Source: Desulfurococcales archaeon (GTDB taxonomy: Archaea > Thermoproteota > Thermoprotei_A > Sulfolobales > Desulfurococcaceae). From it: DNA of 47,191 bases. The translations under genes and the position numbers were made by a program. A model generated the notes under the pieces. It saw only the letters and a list, made by a program, of their open reading frames with translations. It had not been told where the DNA came from and did not search any database. Every line of letters begins with the position of its first letter. Positions within the stretch are counted from its first letter, which is position 1. Of this stretch, positions 1 through 10,104 are shown in pieces. Location of the stretch: contig JALVYU010000003.1 of the NCBI GenBank assembly GCA_027022365.1, positions 1 through 47,191 of the forward strand, given 5' to 3'.

Positions 1-719
1 TCTACAGAGTACTCGGCTTTGTTAAGCCCGATGCCTACCCAGGACTAGACACGCTGGTCATATCTGACTCAGTAAACAAGCCAGTGCTATATCACGGCCC
101 AGCACCAGTAGTATGGGTTGACGAGAATGGTAAGGCTCATGACCCGGTTAACGAGACATTCCCAGGACTAATAAGAATAGTATGGACCGGTAACACCGCC
201 TATGCAGCAGACAACAACCCGCCAGCCCCAATGGTCTATAACCCATTGTTCTATGGTAAGGGCACTGGAAACCACACCTTCGTACTGCTAGCAGCCGAAT
301 ATCATCCGAGTACCAAGAACATCATTGTGGTGAGCGGTGAGTCTCCCTACGGCGACTACGAGCCTACATGGGCATGGTACTACCACGGAGTAGCGCTGAG
401 CGGCCCAGAATTCGTCACTAACATGATAAGATGGTTCGTGCTCAACGTGTATAGTCACGTAGCTGCCCCAACCACTACGACCACAACCACTACTACAACT
501 ACCACGACTACTACAACGACAACCACCACATCATCGCCGGTGCAGACCACAACAACCACAACACCCTCACAAACAACCACAACGCCGCCAGCAACAAGCC
601 CAACACCAACCACGACAACTACAACGACTCCGCCACCAAACTACACGCCGGTACTGATCGCTGCCATAATAATAGCAATAATAATCATCATAGCAGCAAT
701 AGCGCTGAGAAGAAGGTAA
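1..719 (+). CDS. 5'-truncated cell-surface protein with Thr-rich stalk and C-terminal membrane anchor
   Basis: The frame is open from base 3 (YRVLGFVKPDAYPGLDTLVISDSVNKPVLYHGP...), so the true start lies upstream of the window. It ends in a poly-Thr tract, a hydrophobic helix and RRR. Confidence 0.85.
   Translation, partial: YRVLGFVKPDAYPGLDTLVISDSVNKPVLYHGPAPVVWVDENGKAHDPVNETFPGLIRIVWTGNTAYAADNNPPAPMVYNPLFYGKGTGNHTFVLLAAEYHPSTKNIIVVSGESPYGDYEPTWAWYYHGVALSGPEFVTNMIRWFVLNVYSHVAAPTTTTTTTTTTTTTTTTTTTTSSPVQTTTTTTPSQTTTTPPATSPTPTTTTTTTPPPNYTPVLIAAIIIAIIIIIAAIALRRR
471..630 (+). repeat. Low-complexity ACN (Thr codon) tract encoding a Thr/Pro linker
   Basis: Run of acc/act/acg/aca codons, about 20 consecutive Thr, followed by further T/P/S runs. 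Confidence 0.9.
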
Positions 720-1359
720 TCCCGAATTAACATTATGTTATCAACAAAAACACTTTTTTCCATTTCAATAAAATTATTGTTCAAACAATTCTCACCAGAT
801 ATAGTTTCTTACCTTAAATACTAGGATAATTACGAGTACAAGCATTCAGACCATAATCACCAAGTGGTAGTTGAAAGTAAAAACAAAATATTGGGCCGAA
901 CCCGTATACATTGGCTGATCAGTAAAAACAGGTAGTTAACAATGTGGACACTTATGAGATATCACGTCCTCGGGAAAGTACTGTTACGAGAAACTAGACA
1001 AGTATGATGCATAGTACTGTTTGATATTGATTAGTACTAGTTGTCAGAGAAATAGAAGTCCATTAATGGTATAAAATATGGTATAAAATGATGTAAGACT
1101 TCATAGCTTTAATGACGGAACTACAATTCTGGTTGGTATTGCCTGGTATGTGTTCAATGGCAAGCCCTACGATTAGGCATTTTGTCTCCTAATGGGAGCC
1201 CGCGGCGTTGGGCTCGGCTAATTTAATTCTTCATCCACATCACTGATAGGAAGAAACATATAAGTCGTGACTAAACCATGTGATATAGTGAACCCTATTA
1301 GATTGTTATGAGGATTGAGTTAATAAAAAATAATTTTAATATAAACAGGTCAGCTCATA

Positions 1360-3519
1360 TTACTTCTTCTTTACAATAGCCACAGCGATAATTATAGCTA
1401 CGACGATAATTACTATTGACGCTATTATCTCTGCTGGAACACCGCCTGATGGATGAGTAGCCGTCGAAGTGGTTGTTGGGCTTGTTGTAGTTGTTGTGGT
1501 TGCCGTGGTCTGTGGCGGCACCGTGGTGGTTGTCGTTGTAGTAGTCGTGGTAGTTGTAGTAGTGGTTGTGGTCGTAGTGGTAGTGGTTGAAGTAGTAGTT
1601 GTGGTAGCTGTAGTTGTCGGCTTATATCCTGGCGGGTAGAATGTTAGCTTGAAGTCGTAGGTCTTGGTGTTGCCTGCCCAGTCGGATACTGTGATCTTTA
1701 TATCTGCTGGTAACGGTTTAGTGCCGGACAGGGTTATGGATGCCTGGTAGGTGCCCTTACTGTAAGGTGCTAGTTTAAGTGGTTCGGTCTTTCCGTTAAC
1801 GGTTATGGTTGCCCTGACGTTCTTTACTCCCCATCCCTCATCCTTGATCGTGAAGAATATTGTGTTTGCTCTGCCGAGTGTTGGGGTTGATGGTATCATT
1901 AAACCTATTTTAACTAGAGGTGGCGTGTTGTCCGGTGCGTTGTAGAGTGCGAAGACTAGCTTGCTCTTGGGCTCTAACTTAATATGTAGTGCGACATATA
2001 GTCTTCCGTTGATCACCTTGTAAGTTACGATGTTGGCTGATGCATCGCCTTGTGATTCCAACACCTTTAGCCCTGCAGTGTCTCCTGCCCAGGGCAGTGC
2101 TAGGAGTATCGTCCTGTTAAGATGTAGTTCTGGAAGGTAGTTCTCGAACCCCATGATGTACGCGTGGGGGGCATAATGATAGAATCCGTAGTAGTACTGG
2201 TCGTCCTGTACCTTGTAGTTCCAGTTCGGAGTTATTTTGGGTAGTGTGACTGGTATTGAGTTATAAACCTGGTACCTGCTGACGTTCTTAAAGCCCACGA
2301 AAGTCGGTGGTGCGTAGGGGAATGTTAGGTTGAAGGGCTTAACCTGTACTCTGACATACTGTAATCCCTGGTACCTCCCTGTCCCGTGAGCTAGTGTGGT
2401 TGTTGTTATGAAATACGTTGTCCAGCCTGTCCACGTTGAATGGTACTCGACATACTGATCCCTATGAATGTGCCCTGCTAAAACGATGTTTACATGGTAT
2501 TCTTCACATAGCTTCAGGAAGTATCTGGCGGCGGTTAGGTTTGTTCCCCAGTAGTAGCTGATCGCGCTCTGCCTGTACTTGTGGGGGTCGCCGAGTATCG
2601 GTGAGGTAGTGTTCCATGTCGCAGTTATTTGTCCCTGGTAATAGAATACTGGGTGGTGGAACTGTATGATCTTTATAGGTATATCCTTGTATTTCTCTAG
2701 GATCTGTGTCAGCCATTTTAATTCATTCCATGAAGGATAGCCGTCCTCTCCGCGAGTGTTTAATGCTATGAGGAGGATGTTCTGGCCTATAATCCTATAC
2801 CAGGTTGTCTGGCCATAGTATTTGATGAAGTTACCGTTAGGATAGTCATGGTTGCCGGGGTTTAGGAACACAGGTAGTGGGTAAAGGAACGCGTACCTGA
2901 AGGCTCTTGATTCCTGGTATTGTGTTAGTGCTTGAGTGTCAGCCTCGTCGCCAGTATCTATGACTATGTTGGGGTGCAATAGCTGGGCCAGTATTTCGCC
3001 GGCAAACCTCCTATACTGCCCGATGGTCTCATTGGGGTGCCCTGTTCCAAAGTGTAGATCGGTCATGTGGACAAATGTAAGTACATCGAACGGACCACTG
3101 ATCACCCATACGCTCCTAGGTACTAAGTATTCCTTTCCTCCCCCCTCTAGTACTAGATCATATAGGGCCGGCTTAACATCACTAGGTAGCTTCACCGTGT
3201 ATTTAGCACCGCTACCTGTTACGGTGACAGTGTATTTCAGCTCTACCAGCTTATCGTCCTCGAGTACGACCGTGTAGATGTATCCCTGGCTCACCGACAC
3301 GCTTGTCTTGAAGGTGACGCTGAATGTTCCGCCAGGCAGTACTACTGCTGGATGGCCTGGGCTAGGATCTAGTGTTGGGAGTTCTTTGACATATGCTGTT
3401 ATCGGTGGCAGTGTATTTGCTGTCTCTGCACGGGCAATTCCCTGTAATGATGGCGATATTAGGGCGATTATCATGAGGGCGAACAAGGTGACAAACAACA
3501 GCTTCCTGGTTCTAGCCAT
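1360..3519 (-). CDS. Secreted, membrane-anchored calcineurin-like metallophosphoesterase
   Basis: Signal peptide; motifs DLHFG, TGD, GNHD, FHHP, GHIH; an Ig-like C-terminal region, Thr stalk, TM helix and KKK. Confidence 0.9.
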   Translation of the reverse strand: MARTRKLLFVTLFALMIIALISPSLQGIARAETANTLPPITAYVKELPTLDPSPGHPAVVLPGGTFSVTFKTSVSVSQGYIYTVVLEDDKLVELKYTVTVTGSGAKYTVKLPSDVKPALYDLVLEGGGKEYLVPRSVWVISGPFDVLTFVHMTDLHFGTGHPNETIGQYRRFAGEILAQLLHPNIVIDTGDEADTQALTQYQESRAFRYAFLYPLPVFLNPGNHDYPNGNFIKYYGQTTWYRIIGQNILLIALNTRGEDGYPSWNELKWLTQILEKYKDIPIKIIQFHHPVFYYQGQITATWNTTSPILGDPHKYRQSAISYYWGTNLTAARYFLKLCEEYHVNIVLAGHIHRDQYVEYHSTWTGWTTYFITTTTLAHGTGRYQGLQYVRVQVKPFNLTFPYAPPTFVGFKNVSRYQVYNSIPVTLPKITPNWNYKVQDDQYYYGFYHYAPHAYIMGFENYLPELHLNRTILLALPWAGDTAGLKVLESQGDASANIVTYKVINGRLYVALHIKLEPKSKLVFALYNAPDNTPPLVKIGLMIPSTPTLGRANTIFFTIKDEGWGVKNVRATITVNGKTEPLKLAPYSKGTYQASITLSGTKPLPADIKITVSDWAGNTKTYDFKLTFYPPGYKPTTTATTTTTSTTTTTTTTTTTTTTTTTTTTTTVPPQTTATTTTTTSPTTTSTATHPSGGVPAEIIASIVIIVVAIIIAVAIVKKK
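1460..1620 (-). repeat. Poly-Thr linker tract
   Basis: Repeated gtN/Ngt triplets on the + strand are Thr codons on the - strand. Confidence 0.9.
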
Positions 3520-3673
3520 AATGGATACACCTCTCCCCTTAGGAACCTCTAGTTATTTCTTGTATCATAGAGGTAAAAAGTAAATTCTTTGGTTCAAACA
3601 GTTCTAGTAGTTCCTCAAAGGATTAGACGTATAAACGGATATTTTGATCTCGCCGTTATTGGGGGAGTAGACC

Positions 3674-5677
3674 ATGAGATGGACAATCATTTCATTATTC
3701 CTGCTCATGCTTATACTCGTTTCGACAGTACCACTCGCATTTATGGCTGGGCAACAAAGGGATTTGTTCAACTATACGTGGGTACGGACTAGGACTGTGC
3801 ATGCTCCAGCGGTAACAAGCGAGTACGGTCCAGGTGTAATGACCACGATCAACGTGACAGTAGCTTATCCAGGACACGGCAACATATTTTTCAGAACATC
3901 GCCTCTCACCGAGCTCGACATGCAGGCGACAGCCCAGATCGCCGTCATGGTCGCCTGCAACGTGCTAGGCCTAAACATGAACAATTATGACTTCTACATA
4001 TCGGTCAATGCCGGAAGCATCATCGTCGGAGGACCTAGTGCTGGCGGGATAATGACCGTCGCAGTAATGGCAGCTCTAGAAAACGCTAGCATTAAGCCGG
4101 GGATAACAATGACGGGCATGATAAATCCAGACGGGACAATAGGGCCTGTAGGCGGATTAAAGGGCAAGTTAGAAGCAGCTGCTGAGGCGGGGTACAAGTA
4201 CTTCTTGATCCCCATGGGGCAGCGAGTAATACTTGTCCCTAACATTACGTACCAGCAGATATTCCCAGGCATATTCGTGAGTAGCGTGAAATATGAGAAG
4301 ATAGACCTTGTTAAGCTCGGCAAGGAGCTCGGGGTAAAGGTTGTCGAGGTATCGAATATTAGGCAAGCCTACTATTACTTCACAGGAGTCAACCTGACGA
4401 TCACTGCTACGAAAATACCGGCCAGTGCTACCGAGAAAATAGTTGGTCTCGTGAAGGACAATACGCTAGAGATCATAAATGCCACAACATACTATATCAA
4501 CGCAACAGCTAACCTGGCAAAACTCGTCCCGCCCGCTGCTGCAAACGTTATTGCTGGGATGACTAACGAGGCGAGCAAGTTATCCAGTATAGCAGCAAAG
4601 CTCCTCGGGGAGGGGGAATTCTATTCAGCGAGAGCAGAGGCGTTGTCTGCGCTCCAAATAGCTTCACAGGCCTACCTTATCGCGAATGGATTGATAAGCA
4701 GGGACAGCTTTATCGATATAATCAAGAGTGTTAACCAGAGCTCCGCGAACCTCTATAAACAATACAGCGTATTGGCTAATAAGCCTGAGATCCCAGTGCA
4801 GGGGTTGGGGGCATTAATGGTTCTAGGAATAAACGTTAATGAGATACGGCAGGATATTGAGAAAGCCGCGAAGTACCTTGGTAAAAACGATCTAAGTGAT
4901 GCTGTGAACGCCTTATCAGATGCTATAACGAGAAGCCATTCGGCACACCTCTACCTGAGAATAGCAAGTGAACTAAGCGGTGGAATAACCGCTGACAAGT
5001 CAGCCCTCGAGAAAGCATCACTAACACTTTATGGTGTAGCGAGAAGCATATATGCGTACGCCTACACGCTCGCCAAAGACATCAACGCTAATCCAAGTTC
5101 TCTTCAGAAGAGCGGCGACTTCCTAAGCAAGGCGGCTGAAATGATCACGTCTGGCGACTACGTGGCTGGGCTTGGATACATTATAGACTCGATAAGCTTA
5201 GGGGTGACAAGCATACATGAATTGTTCACTGTGAACAATGTTGAGGCATTATCGGTAATCAGCGACCTAAGACTTAATGCTTTACAGAACATCGAGCGTC
5301 TTATATCGCTCGGGATAACACCGTATGCATCAATAAACTATTATCTCCTAGGAGAACAACTAGCCGGAACAAATAATACAGCCACAATACTTTTCTGCTA
5401 CATCAAATCTTCAACTATAGCAATGATACAGGATATGCTAATCACAGCGTCCAAGACCAATACATCAATGGAGACCGCCACAGCCACACCCACCCCGACA
5501 AGAACTCCCGCCACCCCTACAACTACATCAGTACCCTGCATAGCTAATCTAACCATAGTCCCAAGGACAAACAATAACACGCCTTACGGCCTTATACTAG
5601 CAATAATAGTGGTTCTAATGATCGCTGCCTTCATCGTAGGCTACGGAGTGGGCAGAGTATCTGGAAAAACACATTAG
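3674..5677 (+). CDS. Archaeal S16-family (Lon-protease-domain, ATP-independent) serine protease, membrane anchored
   Basis: Signal peptide; GGPSAG catalytic Ser, MTGMINPDG and PVGGLKGK catalytic Lys; no AAA motif; helical C-terminal half, T/P linker and TM helix. Confidence 0.88.
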   Translation: MRWTIISLFLLMLILVSTVPLAFMAGQQRDLFNYTWVRTRTVHAPAVTSEYGPGVMTTINVTVAYPGHGNIFFRTSPLTELDMQATAQIAVMVACNVLGLNMNNYDFYISVNAGSIIVGGPSAGGIMTVAVMAALENASIKPGITMTGMINPDGTIGPVGGLKGKLEAAAEAGYKYFLIPMGQRVILVPNITYQQIFPGIFVSSVKYEKIDLVKLGKELGVKVVEVSNIRQAYYYFTGVNLTITATKIPASATEKIVGLVKDNTLEIINATTYYINATANLAKLVPPAAANVIAGMTNEASKLSSIAAKLLGEGEFYSARAEALSALQIASQAYLIANGLISRDSFIDIIKSVNQSSANLYKQYSVLANKPEIPVQGLGALMVLGINVNEIRQDIEKAAKYLGKNDLSDAVNALSDAITRSHSAHLYLRIASELSGGITADKSALEKASLTLYGVARSIYAYAYTLAKDINANPSSLQKSGDFLSKAAEMITSGDYVAGLGYIIDSISLGVTSIHELFTVNNVEALSVISDLRLNALQNIERLISLGITPYASINYYLLGEQLAGTNNTATILFCYIKSSTIAMIQDMLITASKTNTSMETATATPTPTRTPATPTTTSVPCIANLTIVPRTNNNTPYGLILAIIVVLMIAAFIVGYGVGRVSGKTH

Positions 5678-5734
5678 TTTTTCAAATCTCTACCAAGAAA
5701 ACAATTAGCGACGAATCGGTTTCGGTGAGGAGTC

Positions 5735-6265
5735 GTGTCTGAGACAAAGTATGTAGCCATAGCCGCAGTAAGCGAGGATCCCAGCCCAACGCTCATAAAG
5801 AACGCCGAGGAATTTCTCGATAAAATAGCACCCTTTAAAGAGATCATAAGGATCATACTGGGAGGTTACTGGGGACTAATGCGTGTGATCGCTGATAAGG
5901 CCGCCGAGAAAGGCTTTACCGTGATATTCACGTTGCCCGAGAACCCCCCTGCAATGCCTCCCCGTAGGAAGGAATTCATACCAATCATAACTGATCTAGG
6001 GTTCCAGTCGAGAAGCACTGTTATGTGTAGAACTTGTGATGTACTAGTTGCTATGGGTGGCCGGATAGGCAGTATTTTAGAAGTCCTACTAGCGTATGAC
6101 TACGGAAAACCATCCATCGTCGTGAGATCGGGGTATGATACCGATAAGCTAGAGAAGTGTTTTTCCCGCTACGTGGATAAGCGTAGAAAGGCGCCTATCT
6201 ACTATGTTGGCTCAGGCTCTGAAGCCGCTGAGAAGGTGTTGAAACTCCTAGGTATTACCATGTAA
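5735..6265 (+). CDS. LOG/SLOG family Rossmann-fold nucleotide-binding protein
   Basis: LGGYWGLMRVIAD, RS..M....D, GGRIGSILE and GKP motifs. GTG start after GGTGAGG RBS. Confidence 0.8.
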   Translation: MSETKYVAIAAVSEDPSPTLIKNAEEFLDKIAPFKEIIRIILGGYWGLMRVIADKAAEKGFTVIFTLPENPPAMPPRRKEFIPIITDLGFQSRSTVMCRTCDVLVAMGGRIGSILEVLLAYDYGKPSIVVRSGYDTDKLEKCFSRYVDKRRKAPIYYVGSGSEAAEKVLKLLGITM

Positions 6266-6565
6266 TGAACTGATTTTTATCATTAATTTTTTATCATACT
6301 TTATGAAAATGTATCATTAATATGCAACAGTATACATAAATTACAATGATTTTCCTAGTTATTATAATTTGATCAAATTATTACATATCTTAAAATAACA
6401 TTATATTTTTGATCATTTCTAAAGAGTAAGTTCGTCCGAAAAAATTAAGTATGAAGCCACAAAATACTTATCAGTTGAACCTAACACTTCGGCTCCTTTG
6501 CACATACCTCTATTAAATCCCCAGCCTTAACGGTCAAAAACCCTATCGTCTGGTCGGGTGAGATT

Positions 6566-8230
6566 ATGAAGTATTGCAGGGCATTGTCTAAGACGGCCGG
6601 TATAGTGATAGCGATCATAATCATAATAGGCATAGTCGCTGGAGCGTATTACTACATTTCACATAAACAGATAACGACCACTAAGCTGATCACGTTCGTA
6701 CCCCTCACAGGCGATTTCAATAAGGACATCATAAACATCGGCAAAGCACTCGAACAGGACGGCGTCAAGACAGTGCAGCTCAGCGTATGGAGCGGTGGAG
6801 ACCCAAACAGCGTCATGAGGATCTACGGCGTAGTCGAGGCAGCATACAGGATCAACAATATCTGGAAACAGAACAACATCAACGTAGAGATCAAGGTTAC
6901 GACGCGGTACGTGAGTAATCCTAATGACGTCTATGAGGACTACATCAACAAGTGGAGTCTAGGACAAGCACCAGATATCATGGCTAACGGGTACACCTAC
7001 ATCGCCAGCTTAGCCTCAGAAGGATACATACTAGATCTAACACCGTACTTGAACAACTATACTAGCTTCCTCAACCAGTTCTATCCAACGCTCATCGATG
7101 CAATGAAATGGAACGGCAGGATCTACGGCATACCACAGGATACGGAGGCACGACCATTATACATTAGAAAAGACGTGGCAGCATGTGCCGGCTTAGATCT
7201 GGCAGGCCTTGCCGAGAAGATAAAGAACGGACAGTTTACATGGAGCGACCTATACAAGTGGGCCCTGAAGGTCAAGGAGAGCGGCTGTGCGCCGTGGGGA
7301 TTGATACACAGAAAAGGATCAGCACATCCTGATCTAATACAGTTCATATATGCCTTCGGCGGTAAGCTCTACGATGAGAAGACAGGTAAACTAGTGTTCG
7401 ATAAAGCCGCTGTCTACAAGTGGTTCGTGGTAGAAAAGACCTTCGCCGACCACGGACTACTACCACACGACATGATGTCATGGGACTGGGCAAAGCAGAT
7501 ACACCCAACAGTCGTTGACGGCAAGACACTGGCGTTCATCGGAGGTACATGGCACTGGTTCGAGTGGCAGACCAAGGCATACTACACTGATCCGAAGACG
7601 GGCCAGCAGAGACCACTGACAGCTGAGGAAGTGCACAAGTTCTTCTACTACACACTGTTCCCGAGCGGCATCAAGGGCAAGCCGGGATTAACGCTGAGCC
7701 AGCCATTCGCATGGATGATAAACAGTAAGGCTGGCGAGCAGAACCCGAACTACGATAAGCTCAAGGATCTTTACCATGAGCTAGTATTCCTCGTTGTTGT
7801 GAAGGCCAGCGATCCCGACATCGTTGCTATCCACAGTCTGATATCAGGGCACCTACCCGTAACCAAGACAGCTGCAGAGCTAATCAAGAACCAGACATGG
7901 GTTAATGAGCTGAAGAACCTGAAAGTAAAGCTAGACCCCGAAGTACTCAACAACATTAAGAACATCATAGAAAAAACAGTCAATCCGCTCAACGTGCAGT
8001 TCCTCGCTAACGTGACATACATGCTAGAGTACACGACTTTCACCCCGAAGCATCCACAGTACCCGAAGCTGGCGTCATTGTTTGCCGATGCGCTTGACCA
8101 AGTGCTCCGTGACAAGATGACGCCAGCCCAGGCAGTGAATTACATCGTCGAGAAGATCAATGCTGACCCGGACCTCAAGAAGAGCGTTGAGATCATAGGT
8201 GAGATACCACAGAACTGGACCTTCCCATGA
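6566..8230 (+). CDS. Sugar (CUT1) ABC transporter substrate-binding protein
   Basis: N-terminal TM anchor; APDI, GYILDLTPY and NGRIYGIP motifs of family-1 solute-binding proteins; first gene of the ABC operon. Confidence 0.9.
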   Translation: MKYCRALSKTAGIVIAIIIIIGIVAGAYYYISHKQITTTKLITFVPLTGDFNKDIINIGKALEQDGVKTVQLSVWSGGDPNSVMRIYGVVEAAYRINNIWKQNNINVEIKVTTRYVSNPNDVYEDYINKWSLGQAPDIMANGYTYIASLASEGYILDLTPYLNNYTSFLNQFYPTLIDAMKWNGRIYGIPQDTEARPLYIRKDVAACAGLDLAGLAEKIKNGQFTWSDLYKWALKVKESGCAPWGLIHRKGSAHPDLIQFIYAFGGKLYDEKTGKLVFDKAAVYKWFVVEKTFADHGLLPHDMMSWDWAKQIHPTVVDGKTLAFIGGTWHWFEWQTKAYYTDPKTGQQRPLTAEEVHKFFYYTLFPSGIKGKPGLTLSQPFAWMINSKAGEQNPNYDKLKDLYHELVFLVVVKASDPDIVAIHSLISGHLPVTKTAAELIKNQTWVNELKNLKVKLDPEVLNNIKNIIEKTVNPLNVQFLANVTYMLEYTTFTPKHPQYPKLASLFADALDQVLRDKMTPAQAVNYIVEKINADPDLKKSVEIIGEIPQNWTFP

Positions 8231-8250
8231 CCAGGGAGGTGTCGGGGGAT

Positions 8251-9219
8251 ATGACTAAATCAAATCTTTTTTCCAAAATAAAGGACTTCATCCATAGTGA
8301 TGCGTTCATCTTCCTTCTCCCCGCGATCATTCTGATCATAGTCTTCTACCTCATACCCATTGTTGTCTCCGTTTACATGAGTTTTACTCCTTTGAAGAAC
8401 TGGAACATAGCACGATACATACACGAGTTCGTGGGTTTTGAGAACTATTGGCGTTTCTTCTACATGGTGACCCATGACCCCACGGTTAGGCCTATATTTA
8501 TCACAACAGTCGTCTTCATACTCGTCACACTAGCCATCAATGTCCTGGGAGGACTCGGATTAGCAATAGCGACTTTCTTCATGGGCGAGCGGGAGGCTAG
8601 CTCGACCCAGCTGTTATGGCTCCTACCACGTATGACCCCCATTGCAGTGTACAGTATGATATGGTACTACTTCTTCCACGGCAGTGCGATCGGTACGTTG
8701 AACTCTATCTTGATGAGCCTAGGAATAATACATAAGCCGATCGACTGGGGCCAGAGCATCATACCATGGGGGCCATGGATGATCATAATATTTGTTAACG
8801 GATTAGTCGGTGTAAGCTACGGCATGATAGTTTTCACGAGCGCGATCAGCAATATACCTAAGGAACTAGTTATAGCGGCGAGAGTCGACGGAGCCAGTAA
8901 TTGGAGCATTACGAAGAACATTCTCATACCGCTCCTCAAGTGGCACATAGTATATGTTACGACATGGCAGATGCTAAGCCTCCTCACGACATACGACCAT
9001 ATATTCCTGCTAGTCGAATGGGGGCTCGTCAACCGATACTACGGCACGACATGGGCGCTCTACATCTACAACATGGCGTTCACCGCGGCAGAGAAAGACC
9101 TGGGGCTAGCAGCGGCTGCGGGAGTGATACTGGTAATCGTCGGAGCACTACTAGGACTACTCGCCCTGAAAATACTTGGGTTCGAGAAAATGGTGAAGGA
9201 ACCGAGAGGTGATATCTAG
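8251..9219 (+). CDS. Sugar ABC transporter permease (MalF/UgpA-like)
   Basis: Six TM segments; FVGFENY; EAA-like loop AARVDGAS. ATG 8251 follows GGAGGTG (the ORF track starts at 8227). Confidence 0.9.
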   Translation: MTKSNLFSKIKDFIHSDAFIFLLPAIILIIVFYLIPIVVSVYMSFTPLKNWNIARYIHEFVGFENYWRFFYMVTHDPTVRPIFITTVVFILVTLAINVLGGLGLAIATFFMGEREASSTQLLWLLPRMTPIAVYSMIWYYFFHGSAIGTLNSILMSLGIIHKPIDWGQSIIPWGPWMIIIFVNGLVGVSYGMIVFTSAISNIPKELVIAARVDGASNWSITKNILIPLLKWHIVYVTTWQMLSLLTTYDHIFLLVEWGLVNRYYGTTWALYIYNMAFTAAEKDLGLAAAAGVILVIVGALLGLLALKILGFEKMVKEPRGDI

Positions 9220-10097
9220 TGTCGGCGGGGCTACGCGACATAGAGCTGAGGAGCAGGAAAACAGAGATACTCATAGTCGTGACAGTACTGGTATTTTCGA
9301 TACCATTGATACTCGGCTACAGCCTCCTAATACTCTCAAGCTTCAGCAAAGAAATGGTGACAAACCTAAATCCTAGAGACTTCATACCGACGCTGAGGAA
9401 CTGGATCCTCTTCTTCGAGGGGAGGACAGCAGTATTTGGAGGTATAAGGGTCAATATATGGCATATCGTCCTCAACACGCTCATCGTAGCCCTAGGGGTC
9501 TCGTTCCTGGTAACCCTCGTGGGAAGCATGACAGGCTACGCGGTGTCAAGGCTAAGATTTAGCGGTAGGAAGAAGTTCATGGCGCTCCTCATGCTCCTCC
9601 ACGCATTCCCCGGAAGCGTGATGGTCGTAGGCATTTATTTCCTATACCTAATGTTCCTGCCCTCATACCAGATGGTAAGACTATATAGTTTCTTCTTCGT
9701 GATAGTGGCCCGCGCGAGCCTCGAGATACCGATGGCCACGTGGCTGATGAAGGGCTTCTTCGACATGATCCCTTGGGAGGTTGAATGGGCCGCGCTAGTA
9801 GATGGTGCTTCAAGGCTCAGGGTGTGGAGGAAAATAATATTACCTATGGTAAAGCCTGGCGTCGCGGCGGTGATGCTCTTCGGATTCCTGGCGGGCTGGA
9901 TGGACATAATCTATGTTAGGACATTCCTCGTAGACCAGACACTGGCAACGTGGATAGAGTCCAATATCAACGCCGAGTACAGCTACCTACCACTCGTAGC
10001 AGCTGCTGGAACATTCTATCTCCTCCCAACAATAATCTTCTTCCTCCTCGCCCAGAGGCTCATCTTCACGATCAGCGCGACCGGTGTTAAGGGGTGA
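9219..10097 (+). CDS. Sugar ABC transporter permease (MalG/UgpE-like)
   Basis: GYAVSRLRFSG; EWAALVDGAS loop; start overlaps the upstream stop. Confidence 0.9.
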   Translation: MSAGLRDIELRSRKTEILIVVTVLVFSIPLILGYSLLILSSFSKEMVTNLNPRDFIPTLRNWILFFEGRTAVFGGIRVNIWHIVLNTLIVALGVSFLVTLVGSMTGYAVSRLRFSGRKKFMALLMLLHAFPGSVMVVGIYFLYLMFLPSYQMVRLYSFFFVIVARASLEIPMATWLMKGFFDMIPWEVEWAALVDGASRLRVWRKIILPMVKPGVAAVMLFGFLAGWMDIIYVRTFLVDQTLATWIESNINAEYSYLPLVAAAGTFYLLPTIIFFLLAQRLIFTISATGVKG

Positions 10098-10104
10098 TCA
10101 TGTA

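Noticed and set aside
471-630. Periodic ACN repeats as a possible CRISPR array or satellite
   Set aside because: They are synonymous Thr codons within coding linkers, with no repeat-spacer structure.
1066-1089. 12-bp tandem duplication ATGGTATAAAAT x2
   Set aside because: Only two copies; probably replication slippage, with no associated element.
6278-6321. TATCAT repeats upstream of the ABC operon as a TrmB-like (TGM) site
   Set aside because: The best match has three mismatches to TATCAC-N5-GTGATA, lies in very AT-rich DNA and is about 250 bp from the start codon.
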